Source: a virus
DNA length: 64,000 nucleotides
Direction: 5' to 3' (one strand)
IMG/VR virus record: IMGVR_UViG_3300044627_003356
Of the stretch, positions 57,279 through 64,000 are shown one piece after another. The notes below the pieces were generated by a model. That model did not search any database. It was given only the letters and a program-made list of their open reading frames with translations, and had not been told where the DNA came from. How positions within the stretch are numbered: the first letter of the stretch is position 1; the number at the start of each line of letters is the position of its first letter. The position numbers and the translations under genes were made by a program.

Positions 57279-59285
57279 ATGAAAAAAATATTATTCTCTC
57301 CATGGACGGCCGTAATCACATTGTTGGTATTACTTGCAATCCGGATTGCAGACCCTATGTTTTTGGAATCTGTTCGACTTCGTTATTTTGACCAATTAAT
57401 AACCTCAAAGGAGACAACTGTATCTCAACAGGTACACGTTGTAAACATAGATGACGAAACTATTCGACAAAAAGGACAATTCCCGTTCCCTCGTAGAGAA
57501 TATTCCAAACTTATTACTGATGTTTATGCTCGTGGTGCTGGGCTGGTTGTCTTTAATATCTATATGCCTGAGTCTGACCGTTTTGGCCAAGATTTGGATT
57601 TAGCACAAACTTTTAAAAAATATCCTGTTGTATTACCACAAACAGGAACAAATGATAATTTAAAATCAAAATATCCACCATTCAGGCCAGGTGTTTCTGT
57701 GATTGGTGGTGAAGATGTAGGAATAAAATATGAAAACATTGAACCCAATATACAACCATTCAATTCAACTGCTGCTGGTATTGGTATTGTTAACACCTTA
57801 CCAGAACTTGATGGCGTTACCAGACGAGTTCCTATGGTCGTCAGCTCACAACAAAAGTTGTATCCGAGCATTAGTCTTGAAACATTGCGGGTCGCAAGTG
57901 GAGACCCAAGCTTCCAAGTCAAAGTCACCGAATACGGAATCGAAGCCGTCAGAATTCCAAAATTTGGTAAAATTACAACAGACAACGTGGGTCGAATTTG
58001 GGTTGACTGGTCAACAAAACCAATTCAACATAGTGCCAACAACTTACCCAATGATTTCAAAGGAGGAATCGCCATCATCGGTGTTACCGCAAAAGGTCTT
58101 AACAACCCTGTCGGAACATCTATGGGGGCAGTCTATCCACATTATTTACAAGCAGCTGTATTAGATACTGTAATTTCAGGTACTAATATATCTCGAACAG
58201 ATTATGCTGACGGTGCAGAAATATTATATACATTTATTGCTTGCCTATTAGCTCTTTTCTTTACGAGATATACACATGGATACATTGCACCAATCACGAT
58301 TGCCGTATTTACTTACTTTGGCACCAAGCAATTATTTTTGGGACACCAGTACCTTTTTGATGCTGTATTTCCTATACTCACCATTACGCTTTGCTACGCT
58401 CATGGATACACAGTCAAATTTTTGTCCGAGCTCAAACAAAAGCTCCAAATCAAAAAACAATTTGGAACATATTTGTCTCCAGCACTAGTAGAAAAATTGC
58501 AGAAGAATCCAGAACTGTTAGTTCTTGGTGGAGAATCAAGAGAACTTTCTATTATGTTTACGGATGTTCGTGGATTTACAACAATTTCCGAACACTATGG
58601 TAAAGATGTTCAAGGTCTTACTAAGATTATGAATCGATACATGACTGCAATGACAGCAAAGATTATAGAGAACAATGGAACATTAGACAAATATATTGGT
58701 GATGCTCAAATGGCATTTTGGAACGCACCTGTAGATGAAACCAATCATGCTAAGATGGCAGTTAAAACTGCATTACAGATGATGAATAGTTTGGATGAAT
58801 TCAATAGAGAAATTGAACAAGAAGGTATTCCTGCTTTTGGTATGGGTTTAGGTATCAATACAGGCACCGTTGTTGTTGGTAATATGGGTTCAAGTCAACG
58901 ATTTGATTATACTTGCCTTGGTGATTCGGTTAATTTGGCATCAAGACTTGAAGGACAAAGTAAACCCTATGGTGTTAAAATTATTCTTGGACCACTCACA
59001 GCTGAACAAGTAAAGGATGAATATCCTGTTGTTGAATTGGATTGTATTGCAGTTAAAGGTAAAAAAGAAGGAGTTAAAATATACACTTTAGCTCCAGATA
59101 ATGAACTACACCAACAATGGTTGAATTTATATTATCGTGGTCAATGGAACAAAGCATTGCTATTAATAGAACAACTAATTAATGTTACTCCGGAATTACA
59201 ACATTATTATGAAAACATGTCAGAAAGATTAAAAGAAGGAGTACCTTCTAATTGGGACGGCACATATCGAGCTACGAATAAATGA
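57279..59285 (+). CDS. CHASE2-domain class III adenylate cyclase
   Basis: VNIDD, GQFPFPR, DGVTRR CHASE2 motifs; three TM helices; FTDVRGFT, DKYIGDA, YTCLGDSVNLASRLE, VKGK. Confidence 0.95.
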   Translation: MKKILFSPWTAVITLLVLLAIRIADPMFLESVRLRYFDQLITSKETTVSQQVHVVNIDDETIRQKGQFPFPRREYSKLITDVYARGAGLVVFNIYMPESDRFGQDLDLAQTFKKYPVVLPQTGTNDNLKSKYPPFRPGVSVIGGEDVGIKYENIEPNIQPFNSTAAGIGIVNTLPELDGVTRRVPMVVSSQQKLYPSISLETLRVASGDPSFQVKVTEYGIEAVRIPKFGKITTDNVGRIWVDWSTKPIQHSANNLPNDFKGGIAIIGVTAKGLNNPVGTSMGAVYPHYLQAAVLDTVISGTNISRTDYADGAEILYTFIACLLALFFTRYTHGYIAPITIAVFTYFGTKQLFLGHQYLFDAVFPILTITLCYAHGYTVKFLSELKQKLQIKKQFGTYLSPALVEKLQKNPELLVLGGESRELSIMFTDVRGFTTISEHYGKDVQGLTKIMNRYMTAMTAKIIENNGTLDKYIGDAQMAFWNAPVDETNHAKMAVKTALQMMNSLDEFNREIEQEGIPAFGMGLGINTGTVVVGNMGSSQRFDYTCLGDSVNLASRLEGQSKPYGVKIILGPLTAEQVKDEYPVVELDCIAVKGKKEGVKIYTLAPDNELHQQWLNLYYRGQWNKALLLIEQLINVTPELQHYYENMSERLKEGVPSNWDGTYRATNK

Positions 59286-59986
59286 ACATTATACTTTACA
59301 CACTCATAGTAACACACATAACAATTATATCAGTAACGCTATATCTACATCGTAGTCAAACACATCGTGGAGTTACATTTAATCCTGTAGTAAATCATTT
59401 TTTTAGATTTTGGTTATGGATGACTACTGCAATGGTTACCAAGCAATGGGTAGCAATACACCGTAAACACCATCAGTATAGTGATGTAGAAGGAGACCCA
59501 CATAGTCCTAAATTATTTGGCATTAAAAATATATTATTTCGTGGAGTTTATTATTACTATGTTACGGCCAAAGATGCGAGAATGACATTATCTTATGGTA
59601 AAGGAACACCAGAGGATTGGATAGAGAAAAATATATATTCAAAATATAACTATGCCGGTGTTTGTTTGATGTTGATAATCAATGTCGTATTATTTGGATG
59701 GATTGGTCCTATAATTTGGTTGATTCAAATGTTATGGATTCCATTTTGGGCAGCTGGTGTTATCAACGGAATAGGACATTGGTTTGGGTATCGTAACGGA
59801 ACAACTAGAGATAATTCTCACAACATACTTCCAATAGGCATTTGGATTGGTGGAGAAGAATTACATAACAATCATCATTTGGATCCAGCAAATCCAAAAT
59901 TGAGTAAGAAGTGGTTTGAATTTGATGCTGGTTGGTTCTACATTAAAGTATTAGAAAAACTCAAACTAGCAAAACTTAAGCATTAA
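59282..59986 (+). CDS. membrane fatty acid (acyl-CoA/lipid) desaturase
   Basis: His boxes HRSQTH, HRKHH, HNNHH; DPHSP; GEELHNNHH. Confidence 0.92.
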   Translation: MNIILYTLIVTHITIISVTLYLHRSQTHRGVTFNPVVNHFFRFWLWMTTAMVTKQWVAIHRKHHQYSDVEGDPHSPKLFGIKNILFRGVYYYYVTAKDARMTLSYGKGTPEDWIEKNIYSKYNYAGVCLMLIINVVLFGWIGPIIWLIQMLWIPFWAAGVINGIGHWFGYRNGTTRDNSHNILPIGIWIGGEELHNNHHLDPANPKLSKKWFEFDAGWFYIKVLEKLKLAKLKH

Positions 59987-60299
59987 AAGAAGAACCGCAA
60001 CCACAGGTAGATTTGGCATTTGGGTTACTAATAACAAACTGTGAATTGAATTTTTCTTCTTTATAATCCAATGTTGCGCCTTGTAGATATTGTGAAGAAA
60101 TTATATCAACGACCACTTTGATGCCTTCATTTTCAATCACAAAATCATCTTCATTAATTTCTTCATCAAAAGTAAATCCATATTGATAACCAGAGCAACC
60201 GCCGCCTTGCACAAACATTCTTAAAGCTCCATTTGGTAGTTTTTCTTCAACCAACAAATCACGAACTTTATTAATTGCACTACTGGTTATTTGAATCAT
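59976..60299 (-). CDS. erpA: A-type Fe-S cluster carrier (ErpA/IscA family)
   Basis: GGGCSG and CGCGSSF motifs. Confidence 0.9.
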   Translation of the reverse strand: MIQITSSAINKVRDLLVEEKLPNGALRMFVQGGGCSGYQYGFTFDEEINEDDFVIENEGIKVVVDIISSQYLQGATLDYKEEKFNSQFVISNPNAKSTCGCGSSFNA

Positions 60300-60450
60300 T
60301 TTGTTGTTCTATCCGTTTAAATTCTTCATCTTCTGCAATAGCATCATCAATTTCTTTTGGTTCAGGTGGTTCAACACCAGTGCATGAACCCTTATTTATG
60401 AACCACAACTCCATGGCTTGTTGACGATACTTTTCTAAATCGGATGTCAT
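60280..60450 (-). CDS. hypothetical protein (56 aa)
   Basis: hand-translated [16 protein letters not shown]...; GAGG RBS. Confidence 0.55.
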   Translation of the reverse strand: MTSDLEKYRQQAMELWFINKGSCTGVEPPEPKEIDDAIAEDEEFKRIEQQNDSNNQ

Positions 60451-60569
60451 CGGCCTCTACCCACCTTTCGCATTACAGTCATCTTAGGAACAAATGTTTG
60501 TTTTGGTTTTGGTGTAGGTGGAGTTTTTGTTTTAGGTAATGTTATTGCTGGCTTTTTTGGTTCAGTCAT
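60447..60569 (-). CDS. small basic Pro/Lys-rich peptide (40 aa)
   Basis: MTEPKKPAITLPK...RKVGRGR; AAGGAG RBS. Confidence 0.55.
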   Translation of the reverse strand: MTEPKKPAITLPKTKTPPTPKPKQTFVPKMTVMRKVGRGR

Positions 60570-60582
60570 AATATCTCCTTGT

Positions 60583-60657
60583 TGGTTGCGGGGGAAGGAA
60601 TCGAACCTACGGCCCCTGGATTATGAGTCCAATGCTCTACCTCTGAGCTACCCCGCT
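60583..60657 (-). tRNA. tRNA-Met(CAT) with A1:A72 mismatch
   Basis: cloverleaf, CTCATAA anticodon loop, TTCGA T-loop, encoded CCA. Confidence 0.85.
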
Positions 60658-60744
60658 TCAGTATATATGTTGAAAACTAAAATGACTTTTTTATATCTTG
60701 AAATCGTAGGAAAAAATTTCGGAGGCTCCGACTGGCCAACCTTT

Positions 60745-60981
60745 TTAGTAAATAAAGATAACTTCGTTGATGGGAACAATATAATTTTCATCTTCAATTT
60801 TTACTGCTCTGTTCCAATTTAATAATACTTCATCATCGACTGAAACTTCATCAACTTTAGGACCAAGAGAAACAACTTTTGCACGGTCTGGTGCTTCAGT
60901 ATGTTTCAATATGATACCCGATTCGGTTTGTTTTTCTGCAGCAATTCGTGTTACGATAATGTTATCTCTTAACGGTTTCAT
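60745..60981 (-). CDS. groES: GroES-like co-chaperonin
   Basis: MKPLRDNIIV, TESGII, VVSLGP. Confidence 0.85.
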   Translation of the reverse strand: MKPLRDNIIVTRIAAEKQTESGIILKHTEAPDRAKVVSLGPKVDEVSVDDEVLLNWNRAVKIEDENYIVPINEVIFIY

Positions 60982-60997
60982 AATTTATTCTTTATAG

Positions 60998-61071
60998 TGG
61001 TGCCTCTTGATAGAATCGAACTAACAATTCAAGATTACAAATCTAGCGTTATACGATTTAACTAAAGAGGC
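60998..61071 (-). tRNA. tRNA-Thr(TGT)
   Basis: GCCTCTT/AAGAGGC acceptor, loop TTTGTAA, TTCGA, CCA. Confidence 0.85.
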
Positions 61072-61235
61072 CGAGAGGTTAGTGTTGTAATGCGTTTTTG
61101 AATTTTGGCTTTATCTTTTGGTCTGCTAGACTTTTCCAACATATCATTAAGTTGTTTGAGATTGAGAGTTCCTAATCTTGGCTTACCGTTTTTGGTTAAC
61201 ATAGGATTTTTCTTTTTTGATTTCGAAACTGCCAT
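61062..61235 (-). CDS. basic hypothetical protein (57 aa)
   Basis: hand-translated MAVSKSKKKNPMLTKNGKPRLG...; AAGGA RBS; stop lies inside the tRNA-Thr 5' end. Confidence 0.6.
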   Translation of the reverse strand: MAVSKSKKKNPMLTKNGKPRLGTLNLKQLNDMLEKSSRPKDKAKIQKRITTLTSRPL

Positions 61236-61253
61236 GATATAGTCCTTAAAAAT

Positions 61254-61321
61254 TGGAGCGGTGCCACTGCTATGCTCAGGTAATACAAGAGGGTATCTTA
61301 TATCGTGCTATCACTCACCGC
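61254..61321 (-). ncRNA. non-canonical tRNA-like RNA with Gly acceptor identity
   Basis: GCGGTG/CACCGC stem + U-CCA; three internal hairpins; no TTC T-loop; own promoter. Confidence 0.6.
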
Positions 61322-61329
61322 ATGAAACA

Positions 61330-61358
61330 AGTATAACATTATATAGGCTGATTGTCAA
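61330..61358 (-). promoter_or_regulatory. sigma70-like promoter
   Basis: TTGACA-17nt-TATACT ending 8 nt before the tRNA-like RNA. Confidence 0.7.
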
Positions 61359-61878
61359 TAGTTATTTGTGGTATATTTTTCCATCCTAAAGGTTCTGTTT
61401 CAATTTTTGTATCTGGATTACTGACGCCTTCAAATACTTGCCAAAGTTTTTCTTTAATAGCAAATTTGGTAAATAAACCGGCTTCATATCCGTATGCTTC
61501 TATTTCCCAAGGTTGGATCCAATAATCAACCGTATCAGAATCAACCCTTTCACCTTTCCAACGAGTCAATTTCTCATTGGTTTCACCATAAACATATTGT
61601 TTAATGTGAACAAATTCATGTGCCAAAGTTTTGAGAATATCATAAGCACCAATACCGGGATGAAGTTCTATTTCAAATTCTCTAGGTTTGCCACTATCAT
61701 TATAATCTTCTACAGAGGCGTATCCGTAAGCATCTAAAGCTTTATTAAATTTTACTCTAACAAATATATTATCTAGCATTTTTTCTGATAACAGTTCTTT
61801 AGCGTAAAACTGTGCGGCCCGTTTTACAAACGGCCTAAAGCGTTTTTTATCGGGACATCCAACTATACTGAGTTGCAT
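61339..61878 (-). CDS. putative zinc metallopeptidase
   Basis: TLAHEFVHIKQ (HExxH) and PWEIEA; start moved to MQLSIV with AGGAG RBS. Confidence 0.8.
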   Translation of the reverse strand: MQLSIVGCPDKKRFRPFVKRAAQFYAKELLSEKMLDNIFVRVKFNKALDAYGYASVEDYNDSGKPREFEIELHPGIGAYDILKTLAHEFVHIKQYVYGETNEKLTRWKGERVDSDTVDYWIQPWEIEAYGYEAGLFTKFAIKEKLWQVFEGVSNPDTKIETEPLGWKNIPQITIDNQPI

Positions 61879-61932
61879 CTGAGGTTTCTCCTGTAAAAAC
61901 CAATTAACACTTCTCAAATATTTAGGTACTAT

Positions 61933-62379
61933 CTACTTTTCACCAGGTGAAATTTGTTCTACTAAAATACCACAATGATTTAAGAAGTCTATGCCGATGG
62001 TATCTCGATACGAATTACGGTAATATACCTTTTTAATACCAGCGGTATAGACTTGTTTTGCACAATGAATACACGGTGCATGGGTCAGGAACATGGTGGA
62101 ACCATCTCCAGATTCACTACTCTTGGCCAGTTTAGCGATGGCATTAGCTTCTGCATGGATCACTTCATCCTTGGTTTTGGTGGTAGTTCCCCCATCTTCT
62201 AGGTATTCTACCACTTCCTCACATTCGTTGGTCCAGCCAGCTGGCATACCATTATAACCGATAGATATAATTCGGTCATCTTTTACTACAATGGCACCGA
62301 CCTGTAGTCGTTTTGCAGATGACAATTTAGCAAATCGGTCTGCAACATCCATGTAAGCGTCAATAAATTTTTGTTTCAT
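61933..62379 (-). CDS. cd: dCMP deaminase
   Basis: GYNG, HAEANA, PCIHC; start moved to MKQKF. Confidence 0.92.
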   Translation of the reverse strand: MKQKFIDAYMDVADRFAKLSSAKRLQVGAIVVKDDRIISIGYNGMPAGWTNECEEVVEYLEDGGTTTKTKDEVIHAEANAIAKLAKSSESGDGSTMFLTHAPCIHCAKQVYTAGIKKVYYRNSYRDTIGIDFLNHCGILVEQISPGEK

Positions 62380-62390
62380 AATTATAAATT

Positions 62391-62467
62391 TGGTGGGCCT
62401 TGTAGGACTCGAACCTACGACCAAAGGATTATGAGTCCTCTGCTCTAACCAACTGAGCTAAAGGCCC
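62391..62467 (-). tRNA. tRNA-Ile2(CAT, lysidine type; Met not excluded)
   Basis: GGGCCTT/AAGGCCC acceptor, CTCATAA loop, TTCGAG, ACCA. Confidence 0.85.
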
Positions 62468-62472
62468 AAGTT

Positions 62473-62658
62473 ACCATAATTGAGAATACTGTTGTGTGTT
62501 TAAGATGGCTTTAAAAACCCATCTCCTAGACTTCACGCTTTCATTCTACTTTTGGGATAGTAGAACATCTCCGGATAATGGATGCGGTATTGCTAGGATG
62601 GTTAATCTCCCTAACAGTTGGGATTCCTATTTCTTTCGCTCACATTCTCAATTATGGT
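62473..62658 (-). ncRNA. candidate structured non-coding RNA
   Basis: perfect 15-bp terminal inverted repeat enclosing several hairpins; strand inferred from context. Confidence 0.55.
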
Positions 62659-62664
62659 TGCTGG

Positions 62665-62835
62665 TTACCAACTTCCGTCATCAAACCAAACACGAATTGT
62701 GATTGGTAAAAGTTCTAATATAAAAGCATCTTGTTCCCATGCTTCATTTGTTTTGAAGTATGCACAATGTAATCTCCAATGAAACGGATTTAATTTCAAA
62801 GTAATATTGCAACCTGAATATTTTAACCAGTTCAT
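62665..62835 (-). CDS. hypothetical protein (56 aa)
   Basis: hand-translated MNWLKYSGCNITLKLNPFHW...DDGSW; ATGA overlap. Confidence 0.6.
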   Translation of the reverse strand: MNWLKYSGCNITLKLNPFHWRLHCAYFKTNEAWEQDAFILELLPITIRVWFDDGSW

Positions 62836-63062
62836 TTTAAGATTTCTGCCGTGAGTTCTGGAATGTTGAATTGACTACGAATATATTTGTCTTTTAACAT
62901 TTCTGGAATAATTGTATGTGGCTCTTCTAAAAGAAAAGGACACGGTCCGTTCCATTTATTAGTAATCAAAAATGTTTTAAATATCTCTATATCTTTTTTA
63001 CTTTTTGGATTAAATTTTCTTTTTTGGTTTTGCACCAATTGATGGTTTGTAAGAATAGTCAT
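62832..63062 (-). CDS. hypothetical protein
   Basis: FNP...W..CPFLLE motif. Confidence 0.7.
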   Translation of the reverse strand: MTILTNHQLVQNQKRKFNPKSKKDIEIFKTFLITNKWNGPCPFLLEEPHTIIPEMLKDKYIRSQFNIPELTAEILK

Positions 63063-63283
63063 TTCACATACTCCACATTATCTTTACGAAGATAATGAAC
63101 CATTTGATATTCATCATTGAATGATTTCACCACAGGAATAAAAGTAATGCCCTCAATCTCTTTGGTTTCCCAATTTGAATAGGTGTAATAGATATCCGAG
63201 TTCATTTTTGAACGAACTTTTTTGAGGATGGCTTTACCACCAGTGGTACTGGCAATATAACCTGGTCTTAGATTTTTTTTCAT
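63059..63283 (-). CDS. hypothetical protein
   Basis: ORF downstream of consensus promoter. Confidence 0.65.
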   Translation of the reverse strand: MKKNLRPGYIASTTGGKAILKKVRSKMNSDIYYTYSNWETKEIEGITFIPVVKSFNDEYQMVHYLRKDNVEYVK

Positions 63284-63289
63284 GATATG

Positions 63290-63318
63290 ATTATAACTCA
63301 AAAATAGGGGGTTGTCAA
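63290..63318 (-). promoter_or_regulatory. sigma70 consensus promoter
   Basis: TTGACA-17nt-TATAAT. Confidence 0.8.
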
Positions 63319-63329
63319 GAACCCCCTAT
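63299..63329 (-). terminator. rho-independent terminator
   Basis: ATAGGGGGTT/AACCCCCTAT stem followed by a T tract on the minus strand. Confidence 0.75.
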
Positions 63330-63333
63330 ATTA

Positions 63334-63396
63334 TTACCGACTTTTTGGATAATTCAACTGTTCCCATTCCTCATCGGTTACGGGCCACCAGTTCAT
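63334..63396 (-). CDS. 20-aa micropeptide
   Basis: MNWWPVTDEEWEQLNYPKSR; ATG overlaps the sHSP stop (TAATG). Confidence 0.45.
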   Translation of the reverse strand: MNWWPVTDEEWEQLNYPKSR

Positions 63397-63857
63397 TATT
63401 GACTCTTTTCTTTAATGGCAATCTTTTTAATGGTATCTTGAGTCTGCACAAGATTTTCTAACCAAACTTTTAACATACCATTTACCATTTCTGCCTGGTC
63501 AATTTCAATCTTGTCAGCCAATGTAAATGAACGTGTAAAGTTGCGGTTAGCGATTCCTTTAAAGAGGAAATTTTCTTCTTCTTTAAGTTCATCTTCTTTT
63601 GCAGAGCCTTTAATAACCAATTTATTACCTTCAAGAGTTACTTCAATATCAGACTTGGCAAAACCAGCAACTGCCAATTCAATGACGTACTTGTTCTTGC
63701 TTACTTGTTTGATATTGTATGGGGGATACGATGGTACATTCTTTGCAATATTTTTGGTTACTTCTTCAATGTCTTTGAAAAAGTTATCGTAACCAACGGT
63801 GAATGGATCCAACGTTTTATGAAAGTCAAATAGACTTGGTAATAGACTTGTAGTCAT
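63396..63857 (-). CDS. small heat shock protein (Hsp20/IbpA-like)
   Basis: YPPYNI, ELAVAGF, GIANRNFTRSF, NGML motifs. Confidence 0.95.
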   Translation of the reverse strand: MTTSLLPSLFDFHKTLDPFTVGYDNFFKDIEEVTKNIAKNVPSYPPYNIKQVSKNKYVIELAVAGFAKSDIEVTLEGNKLVIKGSAKEDELKEEENFLFKGIANRNFTRSFTLADKIEIDQAEMVNGMLKVWLENLVQTQDTIKKIAIKEKSQ

Positions 63858-63865
63858 GTGTAGTG

Positions 63866-63917
63866 CTCCTTAGTTAAGCGAGTTAATCAAAAATTGCGGT
63901 CTCATTGAGCCCCGCAC
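63866..63917 (-). promoter_or_regulatory. ROSE-like RNA thermometer in sHSP leader
   Basis: CUC(G)CUU pairs with SD AAGGAG with bulged G; upstream GC-rich hairpin. Confidence 0.6.
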
Positions 63918-63921
63918 CATT

Positions 63922-63950
63922 AGTATACTATTATTTATACAACTTGTCAA
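63922..63950 (-). promoter_or_regulatory. sigma70 promoter with embedded late promoter
   Basis: TTGACA-17nt-TATACT; TATAAATA at 63932-63939 within the spacer. Confidence 0.7.
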
Positions 63951-64000
63951 TAGTCCTGTGTTTTCTTACCAATATTATATTTTGGTACTAATTGCCAGTC

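Noticed and set aside
52387-57985. Minus-strand ORFs inside the curli/cyclase island
   Set aside because: They are antisense to strongly supported plus-strand genes
52325-59986. Bacterial contamination or chimeric assembly of the curli island
   Set aside because: Composition and gene packing look like the flanks, a T4 late promoter precedes it, and it overlaps erpA tail-to-tail; read mapping is still needed to exclude this fully
60586-60822. 78-aa plus-strand ORF MRGKESNLRPLDYES
   Set aside because: It is the reverse-complement translation of tRNA-Met
60998-61071. Reading this tRNA as Tyr(GTA)
   Set aside because: Stem register places TGT at 34-36, and there is no long variable arm
62380-62424. 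N-terminal extension of dCMP deaminase (MVVGSSPTRPT)
   Set aside because: It is read through the tRNA-Ile2 T-arm; the true start is more likely 62379
62496-62702. 68-aa plus-strand ORF
   Set aside because: It is on the opposite strand to all neighbours and better explained by the structured RNA candidate

Overview
This is a 64-kb segment of a large, AT-rich, T4-like myophage genome; a Betaproteobacteria-like host is only inferred from host-like ErpA, desaturase and sHSP genes. Nearly all genes are on the minus strand. In coordinate order it holds: an early region of small hypothetical genes with sigma70-like promoters (1-15 kb); nucleotide and replication genes (rnh, denA-like, nrdB, nrdA, thyX, gp61); a lysis cassette (GH19 endolysin, spanin pair, exported thermonuclease); a late cluster of proteins with T4-type capsid-targeting N-termini, some extremely His-rich or built as protease-punctuated polyproteins (26-36 kb); a glycosyl/methyltransferase cluster (36-43 kb); and a DruA-like gene, gp41, uvsX and gp43. 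The only plus-strand block (52.3-60.0 kb) follows a T4 late promoter and is the best candidate for a novel system. It encodes two paralogous small membrane proteins, CsgF, CsgG, two curlin-repeat proteins, a FecR-domain protein, a CHASE2 adenylate cyclase and a fatty-acid desaturase. The right end has ErpA, GroES, three tRNAs, a non-canonical Gly-like tRNA with its own promoter, a ~190-nt structured RNA candidate, dCMP deaminase and a small heat-shock gene with a ROSE-like leader. All calls come from reading motifs by eye; no database searches were run.
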